This document shows, piece after piece, positions 37,701 to 50,934 of a DNA stretch of 64,000 nt. Source of the DNA: Takakia lepidozioides. Lineage: Eukaryota; Plantae; Bryophyta. Where the stretch lies: the NCBI GenBank assembly GCA_030704615.1, contig CM060731.1:11904001-11968000 (forward strand). Direction: 5' to 3'. Both the position numbers and the translations under genes were made by a program. The notes beneath the pieces were generated by a model, which did no database searches, was not told the origin of the DNA, and worked only from the letters and a program-made list of their open reading frames with translations. Each line of letters begins with the position of its first letter. Position 1 is the first letter of the stretch.

Positions 37701-40700
37701 CTTACAAGGTCTCTCATCTGACAGTCACTTTGAATTGAAAGTAAGAAAAATTGAGCTGTTCTTGACCCCTTGCTTCAATAAATGCTTCATGCTTCTTCAA
37801 TCACTCCGAAACTCATATGTTTAGCTACGTGAAACTAAGGTATACAGTCGTATTGCTTTTCTAAGATTTTTGTGACTCCCAGATTGTTAAATTATGGTAG
37901 TCCTGGGAGTAGCTCCTTGTCAGGGGCCCTGACAGCTGGGGATCTTTAAGGGCTGAGAGTTCCACAGGAAGGAAAAGGTAAAATTGCAGACACATGTTGT
38001 ATCTCAATCATCCAAGGGAATAATGGTGGATGCAGGCTCCTTCCAAGCTCTGTCGTGTGATGCCCAACGTCTCTTCATTCGCCTGTACCAGCGTAAAGGT
38101 GTACCTTTGCCTCTGCTCTGCGAAAAACAACTGAAACAGCTTGCAGCCCTATGGCTTGTTATACTACAGTTTTCCATCCCATCTCATTTTCCATGTTGCT
38201 GTCTTTTACTTGATCATATAGATTTCGTGGATGTGTTCTAGAGGCTTAAGGCATGGATATGGTGCCACACTTGGTAAGCCACTAGGATGGTGTAATTGGC
38301 CTAGAGCTTTGGTGTGGCACTGTGATGTTGTATCAAACTGATTAGTTGGTGGTATGTGGCAGGGCCCTGGTTCCGAATCTCAAATATTAACTATGCAGAT
38401 GTTGCTGGTGTGCAGTCTGCTAGTGAGGAGCTACTTGGTGAGACAATGCAGTAGTTCTCCTGCCTGACACGGTAGATAGGACACTTCCTTGCCTGAAATA
38501 ATTATTGAAGGAGCAGATGCTCATATATTGGGAGTCTTTTCTGTTGCACTCTTCATCATTGAGACATGCATACGAGATAAGATACAGAGAGAATGTACTC
38601 ATAAGATGATGTTACCCATAGCTTTCTGGCCATAGACCCCATGCCTCAGGCAGAACAAAGGGAAAAGACACTACCATTGTGAGGGGTTCACCCTGGTAGT
38701 GTGACCTTGATAAAGATCTTGACAAGGTACAGAGAGAGAGAGAAATGAAATGAAATGGTGCTTTATAGAGAATGTACTCATAAGACGTTGTTTGCCGTAG
38801 CCTTGTGGCCAAGGTTCTTTATAGAGAGAGAGAGAGAGAGAGAGAATGTACTCATGGCATTCCCTGCAAATGTTGGCTTGCCATAGCCTTATGGCCATTG
38901 ACCCGACGGGAAACTAACCCTCCCAGAGCATTTTGTGGGGTTTGCACCCACCAGGGTTTAGCTGCAGGTATCAACTTAGTTTCCTGCAACTGCCATTAAG
39001 GGACTCATGGAGGCACTTGTCCGCATGCAAACTCGACAGCCCGGTTGCAGGGTTATTGATTTTGCCCTGTATTTACCACAGAAATGACATGTGGGGGCGC
39101 AGGAGGCTTCTTCTTGTCTGGGTTACATGCAGGGTGATGTACAGATAGAGAGAATGTACTCATAAGACGTTTGCCGTAGATTCCGTGCCCAGTTTGGGCT
39201 GAGCAGATTTCCTCTAGAAAGCCCTTCTCACAGGCATCAACCTGATGTGTGTGATCTGCCCAGCAATTAGACCCCACCAGGGCCGTGGCCATAGGCTCAG
39301 CCAGAAGATTTTCAAAGTTGGTGAACAGAGGTGCAGGGACAATGTTCTTGATGTTCCTGAAGAGTTACTCTCTAGTGAGAATATGGGGGACAATGCATCA
39401 GGGAAAATGGATATTGTCTTATCTTAGGGTCTCTGGTATTAGTCATACGATTCAACTGACCTTGAACTCAGCACGGCCAGAGCTTTATGGAGGTATGTCA
39501 AACTCAGTCCAAACAGCTACGGTAGCTGTTCTAGAGCATGCTGACATGCTCTCTTTGAGCACCGTAACCTGAATGGATGCTTTAGATTTAGCATGGTTGG
39601 AGTTGTCGACCCACACGCCAGATGTGTACACGAAGGCAGGCCTGATATCGTTGCAAAGAAAGGTTCTTTCAACTTCAATGGTGATCTCTCAGTGGGAAAA
39701 CTTAATGAGATCCAAAGCTTTGCGTTTAGTGAGAGATTTTACTCATAAGACACTGTTTGCCGTAGCCTTGTGGCCATAGGCCATAGCGCCCCGCGCCCAG
39801 TTTGGGTGGAACAAAAGGGAACAGACACTACCTTTGTGAGGGGCTCACTCTGGTAGTGTGACTTACCTTGATAAAGACAATTAGTTCAGGTTTTCCAAAT
39901 ATCCTCTAGAAAACCCTCACACACGCATCAACCTGCTGTCTGTAAGCTGCCCAGCAATTAGACCCCAACAGGGCCAGGGCATAAGGCTCAGCCCAAGATT
40001 TAACAGAGGTGCGGCAACAATATTCTTGATGTTCCTGAAGAGGGTCAGCCTCTGGTGAGGTATCCTGGACAGAATGTACTCGTAAGATGTTGTTTGCAGT
40101 AGCCTTGTGGCCATTGAACGTGCGCCCCGGAACACGAAGGGACAGAAACTACCTTTGTCAGGGCCGGACGCCGGTAGTATTACTTACCTTGCAACAGACA
40201 ACTGATCCGAGTTTTCCAGATATCTTGTAGAAATCCCTTTACACAAGCAGCAATCTGCTGTGTGTGATTTGCCCAATAACTAGGCCCCAACAGGGCCTGG
40301 GCTTTTGGCTCAGTCTCGAGATTTTGAAAGTTGGTAAATAGAGGTACATGCACAAATCCCTTCATGGATTTGAAGATGGTGTCTCTCTGGTGAGAGTACC
40401 CAGGACAATGAATCAGAAATGAATATTTGTCTTCAGGTTGCCCACACAAGGGGGATTTGCAATCCCCGTCCTCTCTGCTGTTCAGGTAGGCTTCCCGCTC
40501 TGAGTTCAAATTTCAGTGTAGTGCCGAGAGTGGGGTAAGCCCTTGAGGTCATCCATGATGTCCTCCCCCATGTCACAGACTGGAAACAAGTTCAGGGAAG
40601 TTTTCTGCCTAACTTCATTTTCATCAGACAATTTCCTGGCAACAGAGCTTTGGACACTACAGCCTCCAAGTCAGATTTCTCCAGCAGGGTCAAGACTTGC

Positions 40701-43700
40701 AGACTTAGATTCAGATCCTTGGGAATCTCTTCTACCCTCCTCCACCAGGACTTATCCTGTTTGACAGGGCGATCCTGCTTCCCATATATAGAGTTGATAA
40801 CTTAGGGTATCTGCTATTAGTCATACGTTGCAGCTGGCCCCGCCATCTGACCTTGAATTCATCTCGTCAGGCGCTTAAGGGAGTGATGCCAAACTCACCC
40901 CGAATAGCCACATCAGCTGTTTTGGAGCATGCTGACATGCACTTCTTAAGCTAGATATCTGGAGAGAGAGAAATGAATTGAAATGGTACTTTATAATGTC
41001 CAGGGAAAGCTCAAAGAGCTTATGGGACAGAATGAAAAATAAACCTTGAGAGAGGAAACAAAACCAGAGCCGAAGAAAAACTACTGCTGGAGGGATTGTT
41101 TAAGGGTCAAGACCTTGTGCAGGTAAGCTGCCAAGCATTTCTGATCCTCATAGTGAAAGACTTCAGTGAGAGATTGAGTTCTGCAGAATAGACAGTGGAA
41201 TCTCCCACGGATCTCGTAATATAGAGGGCATTAAAAGAAGAAGTGTTCCAGAGAATGTACTCATAAGACATTGTTTGCCGTAGCCTTGTGGCCATTGACC
41301 CCGCGCCCAGTTTGAGCGGAACATAAAGGGACAGAAACTACCTTTGTCAGGGGCTGACGCCAGTAGTATGATTTACCTTGGAATAAACAGTTGATCCGAG
41401 ATTTCCAGATATCCTCCAGAAATCCCTTCACACAAGCATCAATCTGATGTGTGTGATTTGCCCAATAGCTAGACCCCAAAAGGGCCCGGGCTTTTGGCTC
41501 AGCCTCAAGATTTTCAAAGTTGTTAAAAGTGTTCCAGAGAGAGAGAGAGAGACAGAGGCAGAGAGTCCAGCGGATTTTCTGTTTTATAATTTGTCATATG
41601 TTGGGGACAGCTGCCAGGTACATGATGGTTCCAGAGAAGACGGAGGAAATCTCTGAAGGAGAAATAAGGGAGAGGATGGAGGTCCTTAATGTGTCTGAGC
41701 TTCGCCAAGTTGTCTGTTCTGCGCAGTTGAAGGTGAAATGAAGCTGTGAGGTCTCAGGTCCTCTCGTTTAATTATGATGCCTCCCCTTTTCTTTGACCAC
41801 TATAGGATTATTTGTGATTAAAACTGGAAATAGCGGGGAGACAGAAAACGAGAAACCCAAAGAGCCTGTGGGACCAAAGGAGATGTCCAAAACAAAGAAA
41901 GAGTTGGTGGGAGTAGGGTGTGGAAAGGTTTCATAACACTGTTCACATGTGGGTCAACTTTGCCTGGGGCTTGAACTGGGGGTTTGTCTTTTTGTACACG
42001 CAGAAAAAGAAGGAGGCAGCAGCCGCAAAGAGAGATGAGCTTGTGGACTGGGCAGTCTCCGCTGTACTTCAGAAAGACCAGGTTTCTGCTTTGGGGTTTT
42101 CCAGGTGATTTTTCACACACAGATCGTAGTGGACTAGGTCTACACCAGTGTACCAAAGACATTCTTGCGGCAATCTAGGGACAGCATGGGGGACATATTT
42201 TTATTAAATCTGGTCATGGATAATCATATTGATACAGGTCGCAGGCTTCAAATTTGCATCAAAGGCATTGCTCACACTCACTGTGGTGCTGCTACTTTGA
42301 TGCTGACACTGTACACTGCTGGGTTGTCTCATGCTTGCCAATGGTGGGATGACAATCACTTACACAGTTAAACTGACAGTCGTGTAAACTTGGTTACCTG
42401 AGGAAAGTGGGATAATCACCAAGCTGTTGATACCATAATGTTGCAGTGGACAAGGGCCCTGCACCAATGTGGTTGGAACCTCATCCTATTCTATAGCTAG
42501 AAAGCTGAAAGAAGCAAGAGGCTAGCTCTGGAATAACCATCAGCATGTTTTGTGACAGTGACTTTGCAATCATGGACATGCTGTCGGAAATAACAGGAAC
42601 CTGCATTCGTGTTTCAGATGATGCTGCCTTCTTGCTCTGGCGACTGCAGGTAGGAACCCAGTCAAGTTGACTCAATGCAGCTTTTTCAGTGTTTATGCTG
42701 TAGTGTATGTACTTGGATATTTGTGCAGGTGTGCATGTCATTGGTTTTCTTAAATGTGAGTGTATGGCACAATTTTGAATTTCCATCAACTAACTAGTGT
42801 TTTTGGGTTTTGTAGAGACTCTTCTTCCTAAATGGAGAGCAAGAATTGACATCTTTTTTGTTGGTGGACATGGGCATGGTCAAGTACCCTCGTTATCAAT
42901 GCCAACGCTCAAGACCTGTATTTGCCACCCGTGAAGTTCTGCTTGCCTATGAACAGGTTACAGAACCACCAGTGTGAACGCTCTTGCTCTGCCTTTTATG
43001 TCATTATTTTATCTTTTGATTTTCTTGTGCCATTCTCAATCTCCATGGCTGCTGACCCGTTCTATAAACAGGCACTAGGAGTTGCTCAGGCAATGGACAT
43101 GTCCCTTGAAATCAATGATCTGTCCTCTGTCATGTTCTTTTTGGAGAGGGCGCGCATTCAATTGGGCATGGTTCATGCAAGCAGCAAACTGCAGAGTGAC
43201 AATTCAGCTTCCTTTCTAGCCCGCTTCTCAGCTGCTCAGGTTTATGCGACAGTGTGCACCTTGGGAGTCTCGATCCTTGAGCGGGAGCGCAGGTAGGGTT
43301 ATGAGCCCTTCATTTGCAAGGAGGCTTTGTCCCAGCTATGAGAGTTAACCATTTGTGTGTTGCAAGAGTCCTAGGGTGTTTTGAATCTTATTATACTTAC
43401 AGAGGTCGAAGTGTATCACATGATTTTTATCCAACTGGATGAAAGTGAGGATTGATAATTGGGCTGCAAAGTAGAGGAGGTACTTAACTGAAAATGCATG
43501 TAGTACCAATGACCTTTCAGCTTTTATCTGCTAGACAAGCGTTATTACTCATAACAGCCATGCTGAGAATAGATTTAAACTTCAAATTCCACAATACATT
43601 TCCTCGACAACTATAATAGAACAAGTCAGACTCTAGGAATGAGAGCGGGGGAATGTGACTTGGAATGAAGAAAATTGATGATCATTTTCTGGATGTAATT

Positions 43701-46700
43701 TTGTTAAAAGCTCGGTGCTTGCTGTATGATAATCAGAAAAACCTGGACCTGACTACCAAGGGTCGCTCAATGGTCTTGGTCAATCCTCCCCCACGATGTG
43801 CATATAGAGAGCACATTGCAGATCCACGTTGTCAAACCCTGCCACCTGCATGGCTAGAGAGGCCGTGGGTAATGCTGGGTCATTGCTTTTAAACTCACAG
43901 GATGCAAGGCTACTGCAGGCCCTTCAAGCTGTTTTGATGCACTACTCAGAGCTGTTAGGCGATACATCCATGTTCTAGTCTATTGTGGCTTCCAGCTCAC
44001 AGCATGGTTTAAAAGACAAGCCCCCATTGTTCCTAATATATCATTCTTTTGATTATGTATTTTCTTTGAGCTTTGCATGGACATTATAAAGTACCATTTC
44101 ATTTCAATATTTGTCCCATAAGCCAGTGACCTTCCTGTGGATGCTATTTCTTTCTTTCTTTTACCTGTAGTAGTCCCACTACTGCAGTGAGCCCTCACAG
44201 AGGAAGTGTCTGTTCCCTTCTATTCGGCCCAAATTGGGCACGGGGTCTATAGCCACAAGGCTATGGCAAACGACGCCTTATGAGTACATTCTTACCTTTA
44301 GTAATCAACTCAAATGAAATGCCCTCATAAAGTTAATGACCCTGGAATACTAAGTTGTATTTGCAGGGAGAGCGAGTCATACTTTAGATTTTTAGATTTT
44401 TTATGAAGTTCCTATGTCCTTATCAGATTGTGCCCTACTGTAGCCTTGTGGACCCCCTCCTCAGTTTGGATTTGAGAAGGAGCTTTATAATGTGTGTGAG
44501 AGAGAAAGTCAACACCTTGTCTTCTTGGCAGGTATGGGGAGGCCGTGGAGTTGCTGCGTCAACTGTTGCATACACGACACCGCTCGGGCAGGAGGGGCTA
44601 CTGGACAGTGCGGCTGTCAACTGACTTGGAGCACCTGGGTAAGAAAGAGGAAAGCCTTCAAGTTGCAGAAGGGGGTATCAAGGACCCTTGGATCCGAGGA
44701 GGAGATTGTGTGGCCCTACAGCGACGTGTAATACGTCTTGGGAAGCCACCTCGAAGATGGCGAAAACCCTCATATGCCCAGGCCTTGACGAAGAAATGCA
44801 AGGAAGTGAGTATATTATGAGATTGATCGCTAGTATAAGCTAATGTTGATATATGAAATGGGATGAAGCACTTCAAAGTAGATTGTATGTCTATATGCAT
44901 GATGCTTTGAAGAAGGTTCCTCTAACTGACATCTACTTTCTGATTCATGTGCGTGGATCTCCAATATTATGTTCTCTATCCTTTGTTATGTAGAGGTGTT
45001 GTTCTGGTTTTGGAGGATAAGTGCAAGGAAAGTGGAGGCCAATAGACATACATCTCGCTAATTCAAATGGCACGAATCCTGTCTGTGTGAAAATAGTCGC
45101 GACAGTTAAACCAAGGATGCTTCATTTGAAGAAAAACACCAAGGTAGTAGTTGGACTTCAACTAGAGATAATAGTGGGGAGTTGTTCCCATCAGGTATGG
45201 CTCCCCCAGTGGCTACTCTTTTACCCCCAGGCTACTTGCCTCACCAAATCAGTCTTAGACCTGTTCCTGAAGTGGGCACATTTCCACACCACAAGCAATG
45301 CAATCTTAGAACAGAAGGACATCTGTACTTTTAGTTTAATGCAAAGTGTTGAATTTCTACAACATTTGACTATCAACTAGGGGAGAAAGTTTTGACTGTA
45401 CATTCATCTTCTTTGCATATCAGATACAAATTAGGGGCCGCCCTTTGAATTGCGCAGCAGGAATGAAGAGCCGATTCTATGGGTATGATGGCCAGCAATG
45501 TGGAGTGGAGGAGCTAGCCCTGCAGTACTATGGATCTGATGAGGGAGGAGGCTGGCAAGGACTACATTCAGAAGGGGGTATTTGGATGACTTTCTTCGGT
45601 CTCCTCATGTGGGAGGTGCTGTTTGCAGATGTGCCTGATGTCTTCCAGACTCCATTCCAGGTGCCATGCTCGCCCTGTTTAGACTGTGTTGTCCATGGGA
45701 GAGCAGGGCAAGAGAATGTACTCATTAGATGTTGTTTGCCATAGCCTTCTGGCCATAGACCCCACACCCAGTGTGGGCGGAACGAGAGGAAACAGAGCAC
45801 AGAGAGATTGTACTCATAAGACGTTGTTTGCCGTAGCCTTGTGGCCATTGACCCCGCGCCCAGTTTGAGCGGGAACAAAAAGGACAGAACCTACCTCTGT
45901 CAGGGGCTGACGTTGGTAGTAAGACTTACCTCCATATAAAGAATTAATCCGGGTTTTCCAGATATCCTCTAGAAATCCCTTCACACAAGCATCAATCTGC
46001 TGTGTGTGATTTGCCCAAAAACTAGGCCTCAGGAGGGCCTGGGCTTTTGGCTCAGCCTCGAGACTTTCAAAGTTGGTAAACAGGGGTACAGGCACAATTC
46101 CCTTAATAGATTTGAAGAGAGCGTCTCTTTGGTGAGAGAACCCCAGACAGTGTATCAGAAAATGAATACTGTCTTCAGATTGCCCACACAACGGGCAATT
46201 GCACTCTCCCTTTCCTCTCTGCTTCTGTTTGCTGTTCAAAGGTAGGCTTCCTGCCCTGAGTTTAAATTTCAGTCTAGTGCCGAGAGTGGGTAGACCCTTG
46301 AGGTCATCCAAGATGTCCTCCCCCACGTCACAGACTGGAAACAAGTTCAGGGAAGTTTTCTGCCTAACTTCATTTTCATCAGACAATCTCATGGCAACAG
46401 ACATGGCTGAGGACACTACAGCCTCTAAGTCAGATTTATCCAGCAGGGTCAAGACTTGCGGATCCAGGTCCAGGTCCTTGAGGATCTCTTCTACTCTCTT
46501 CTGCCAGGACTTAGCCTGTTTGACAGGGCGGTCCTGTTTCCAAGATATAGAGTCGATTAACTTAGGATATCTGGTGTTGGGCATATGTTGCAGCTGACCC
46601 CACCATCTGACCTTGAATTCATCTCGTCGGGAGCTTAAGGACGGAATGCCAAACTCACCCCGAACAGAGCGTGCTGACATACACTCCTTAAGCACCCCCA

Positions 46701-49109
46701 CTTGAATGGATTCTAGAGACTTAGCCTGATTGGAGTTATCAACCCATATAGCAGATCCGTACTCCAAGGCAGGTCTAATAACGCGACAAAGCATGGTTTT
46801 CTTGACCTCAGAGTTGACCCCTCTGCAGTGGAAAAATTTAGTGAGCCCCAGAGCTTTGCCCTTGCCAGTTTGAACAACTTTCCGGATATGTGCATCCCAA
46901 TTACAATTGGAGGAGAACTCAACGCCCAGGTAAGTGTAGGAAGGGAGGACCGGGATCTCTTGGCTACCCCACTGCCACTTAAGATCACTTCCTCCCTCTC
47001 CTCTGTCGTTGAATGCTACCACTGCACATTTGCTGACATTAGCCTCTAGCCCCCAAAGATCAAAGTATCTCTTCGCGCAATCAATCAACTCCTGGAGATT
47101 GGTTGGAGTCTCCCCTATGCCTGCGAAGTCATCCGCAAACATAAGGGCTGGTATGGTGGTATCACCCACCCTTAACCCAAATCCCTGGCGGAACCATAGG
47201 CCATCCCTCCACACTGTGTCATAAGCCTTTTTGACATCCAGGAAAAAGACATAAATGGGTTTCCCTTCTTTTTTCCTTCCCTGGATAATCTGGCTTAGAG
47301 TGAAGATATGATCCACACAGCCCCTGTTTCGCCGAAAGCCAGCTTGGCCTTCGTGGAAACAACCTCTGGACTCCAGATCAACCTCGAGACGAGTACTTAT
47401 AACTCTGCAGAATGTCTTGCCAACAGCATTGAGGAGCGTGATGCCACGGTAGTTCCCCGGTTCTTCTCTGTCACCCTTCTTGTATAGATTGACAATGACC
47501 CCCTGTCGCCAGCAAAAGGGGATCATTTCAGTCTTCCAGATAAGGTTAAAGAGGAGAACTAGGCCTCTATCATGGGATCGCCACTGTGCTTAATAAGCTC
47601 GTTGACAATACCATCAGGTCCACCAGCTTTATATCCATTTAAATGTTCAATTGCTTCCACAATCTCAGAAGAACTAATGGGAGCATTATAAGCCATTGAA
47701 ATATACTCCAGTTCATCAGGGCTGTTTTGAATCATAGGAACAGTTTTTCCAACTGTGTCCCTCCATTCAGCAGAAGACCCCTCACTGTTAGACCTAGAAG
47801 TTCTGCCAAGGATACTGTAGTGAGTTTCAAAGGTTTTGACAATGTCCACTGCACCTTTAGTAGTCTTCAGCGCTTGTACTTGCTGACCGTTTTTCGGTTT
47901 GTACAAACGTTGAAGGGCCAACCAGAATTTCTTGTCATTACCACCATGGTGGTTTGAGTTTATTTCACTGTATAACTTGTCCCAGTATAATTTCTTCTGA
48001 GACCTAACAAGCTGATTGATATCTTTACGGAGCTGGTAGTACCTCGCCCACAATTCTCTGTTGGTTTCCAAATTGCAGCACTCTTTATAGAGGGCTCGTC
48101 TCTCAGCTATCTTGAGTTTAATCTCATTAGTCCACCAATTAACTGCTCTACCGCAGACACAATTAGCACAGAGAGAGAGAAGGATTTGCATGCACCTTGC
48201 ATGAGCTATGCAGCCAAGAACCTGGTCATTCGGGTGGGACATGGACAGTCTGAAGCTAAGGCCTAGTTTAGTTTTCTGTCAGTCTCCCCTCTCTATGTCA
48301 GAGTAATGTAATTCATCAACCTGACTGTCAAAGTTTGTGTTTCCAGACAGCTCCACTTGACTTGGACACAGATGCCTTTTACCCTGCACGACAATCCATG
48401 ATCGAGGCACGCTTACATTCTATTTATCAGGGGGAGGCAACACAGCTGCTTGCACAGTCGTGGTTACAATATCATGGCACCCTTTGTCGAGGGGTCAACT
48501 GGGATAGGCACTCACTTATGGAGCTTCTAACTATCGCAGCATGCATTGGTGGCCCTGGACTATCAGCTGTCTGTAGACTATTGGCAGAAGATCATGCTGG
48601 CTGGAGTTCAGGGATGCCAGACCTCCTTCTGTGGCAAATGTAGGTGTGATTGTGGTTGTTTGTTGTATCTGTTGCCAGTTCTTCTGTAGACTGCTCATGG
48701 ACCATGTGAACCTTTGATTGTTTGTTGAAAGTATTGGTAAACTGGGAGTAAGATATGTAATTGATGTTATTGACTCCACATATGTTCTGTGATGTCCTAC
48801 AGCGCACCAACACAGTCTAGGCACTGTCCTCACTGTGACTGCAGGCCTGTCAGTATTGAGGACAATGATGAGAGGAGAACCACTATCACTGAAGTTCTTG
48901 CTGCAAAGTCAGGTGGGCCAGCATTGGGTGGGATTCTCACAGCAGAGTCATCGAGGATTAAAGGGAAGGCCAAGCTTGTGGAGGTAAAAGGCCCACGTGA
49001 TCGTCTCTCTGAACAACAGCGAGCTTGGATTGCCATTCTCATGAATGCGGGGCTTTCCGTGGAAGTGTGCAAAGTACTGGAGAATCTGGAATGTGATTCT
49101 CTTAGCTAG
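31774..49109 (+). CDS. FAN1: Fanconi-associated nuclease 1 homolog (UBZ zinc finger, HIRAN-like, TPR, VRR-NUC), 16 exons (approx. 31774-31872, 32607-32868, 35283-36130, 36523-36621, 36814-37073, 38036-38098, 38363-38437, 41611-41733, 42004-42104, 42560-42649, 42816-42956, 43072-43292, 44531-44806, 45424-45660, 48347-48639, 48803-49109)
   Basis: Plant-type N-terminus MLRGHESLLRLVGKRR, CPVCG..INKHLDMC, RLFIRLYQRKGPWFR, WQGLHSEG, SGMPDLLLW and LVEVKGPRDRLSEQQRAW. Confidence 0.93.
32470..32505 (-). mobile_element. About 35-nt 3' end of LINE family A in FAN1 intron 1
   Basis: aatgtactcataagacattgtttgccttcgccttgt next to a GA-rich tract. Confidence 0.7.
32977..35162 (+). mobile_element. 5'-truncated non-L1 LINE, family B (RT, C-terminal CCHC, (ATTTC)n tail), with a tandem second 3' end, in FAN1 intron 2
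   Basis: QAGFRRNRSTIDH, FVDFHKAFDSV, GVKQGCPLSPTLF, LLYADD and FRVGSHNLRIETGRW..CPAC..EEHFFFYC, with two frameshifts. The 3'UTR and ATTTC tail occur twice (about 34930-35040 and 35052-35162). Confidence 0.92.
38585..41545 (-). mobile_element. Head-to-tail stack of at least 9 LINE 3' ends (7 family A, 2 family B) filling FAN1 intron 7
   Basis: Family A ends start at about 38593, 38772, 38845, 39154, 39737, 40074 and 41255. Family B ends at 38742-38766 and 40968-41247. TSDs include aag(a/g)tacagagaga, ggt(g/t)ctttatagaga and aagtgttccagaga. Confidence 0.9.
44060..44292 (+). mobile_element. Short sense-oriented 3' ends of family B (about 44060-44150) and family A (about 44172-44292) in FAN1 intron 12
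   Basis: gagctttgcatggacattataaagtaccatttcatttc and ggcacggggtctatagccacaaggctatggcaaacgacgccttatgagtacattc. Confidence 0.8.
45716..45790 (-). mobile_element. Short family A 3' end stacked in front of the long copy
   Basis: atgtactcattagatgttgtttgccatagccttctggccatagacccc, bounded by AGAGA on both sides. Confidence 0.8.
45808..48164 (-). mobile_element. Longest copy of non-L1 LINE family A (5'-truncated; RT with an internal deletion; CCHC finger) in FAN1 intron 14
   Basis: KAGGPDGI, NYRGITLL, QAGFRRNRGCVDH, FLDVKKAYDTV, MFADD, YTYLGV and CPLC..EDSIHFLIHC. The QGxxLSP block is missing. 12-bp TSD AGCACAGAGAGA (45796-45807 / 48165-48176). Confidence 0.93.
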
Positions 49110-49317
49110 GCAACACACTGGCCAATGACTGCTGTTTGAGCCTGAATAGTAACATCATATTTGGATCATCCTTATTCTACAATTTGATTAGTAAGTGGTT
49201 TGAGTGACATTCACAAGAGACCAGTGCCTGAAAACAGACACTATTGATCTCACTATTAAGAGTGGTAATCTGTTAAACAGGTTTAAGTTCAAAAATGTAG
49301 AATTATTCAGTTTATAC

Positions 49318-50485
49318 CAGAGTTGGGCGGGTATTACTTTTTCTAATACCAGCCGGGTCCGGGTATTGAAAAGAAATTAATTTGCAATACCAGCCGGTTC
49401 CATAGTATCGAAAGATTCCCTTCATTTTAATACTTGCCGGTTCTCAATAGTAGTATGATTTTCCATTTGGGTATCAATAGGATTGGTATTCCAATCTAAC
49501 ACCAGCCGGTTATCAACCCGGGTATAAATAATAAAAACTAAAAATAAAAATAACCAATTAAATCATTAATATATATTGAGCTTAAAAGATTTCAGTTGAT
49601 TAATCAGAGCATATTCTACTTGACATCCGAACGAGCTTCTAGACAAGGGGACAGCAGTGTATTCCTAGGTAGACGCACGCACAGACAAAGAAACGACAGA
49701 AAACAGTTAGGCTATGACGCAGGCTGACCATTTTCTAGCAAAATCTACTAATAATGGTAGGCTGGAAAAAGGCCCATAACCTGTTAAATGCAACTTGGAA
49801 ACACACCAACCCTGCTCAAGCATTCAACTCGCTTGACACATACACAGCACTTTTCCACAATGTTGCAACGACTTGCATTAATGGAAAAACAGGGGATTGG
49901 CATCCCTTACACAGTCCTTAGGCAATGACTTAGTCTGTCAGGCGACAGAATATATAGATAACCTAGAGTAGATACATTGGTGGCTGCTTATACTCCTGGC
50001 TACAGCTTCTTTGCATTACATAATAACAACGTTGCAAATTTTAGTATCCAAATTGAAGCAAGCTTAGTTAAAAGAAGACTGATTGCAACCACATAAGCCA
50101 CCCTACATGTGCTAAAAAAAATAAAGAATAGGGGCGGGCCCGCCCTACATGTGGTGAGAAATCAAGTATAGTGGCTGCCCTTGGGGCTGGACATGCCCTC
50201 CTTGACATGTGCACCCTCTTACCCTGACCCATGACATATTGTGCACCCAGCCAATTTCCTATTCATACCATGTTATAGTCCTTGTTTTTGCCCATAATAT
50301 GGGTATCCACCGGAGTATTGCCTTGGCAATACCAGCCGGTCCGGTTATCAACCATAGTATTGGAATTGCCAATACCAGCCAGGTCGGTTATTAACCATAG
50401 TATTACAAAAGCCAATACCAGCCGGGTCGGTTATTCAATACCCTGGTTGATACCCGGCCAGACCCTATATACCAGTCCAACACTA
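49318..50485. mobile_element. Non-autonomous hAT-type DNA transposon downstream of FAN1
   Basis: 8-bp TSD GTTTATAC (49310-49317 / 50486-50493). Termini CAGAGTTGG / CCAACACTA. Clustered subterminal ATACCAGCCGG repeats at both ends. Confidence 0.88.
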
Positions 50486-50934
50486 GTTTATACCAGGGTC
50501 TTTCTCCTCAGTTCTCTAACACAAAAAACAACTAAAACAATAAACTCATTTCTTAAATTTCAGGGAGATATTCACCATCTCAATAACCAGGAGTACTAGG
50601 ACAGTTACGGTGGCAAAGAGTCTAAGGGTGTGACCACAAATGCCACTTGCGCTTGGAATCTAGTTTCCTATGGGTTCATGGAGCGTTCACCCTACACATA
50701 TGCGCCTGCACAGTCCGTGCAAACCAAATGAATACAATGAGTACATGATGGTCGGTCATGATGACTGCAGTCAGATGATACCAAGTGAGCCCCCTAAGTA
50801 AGAACAAAAGAGATGGGGGAGATAATCAAGGGTAAGAAGAGAAAAAAGATAGTTCTTTAACGTCCAGTGAATTTACATAGCCTACTGCTCAACATACATG
50901 TCATTGAGGGCTCAATGGACGGTATGAAGGCACA

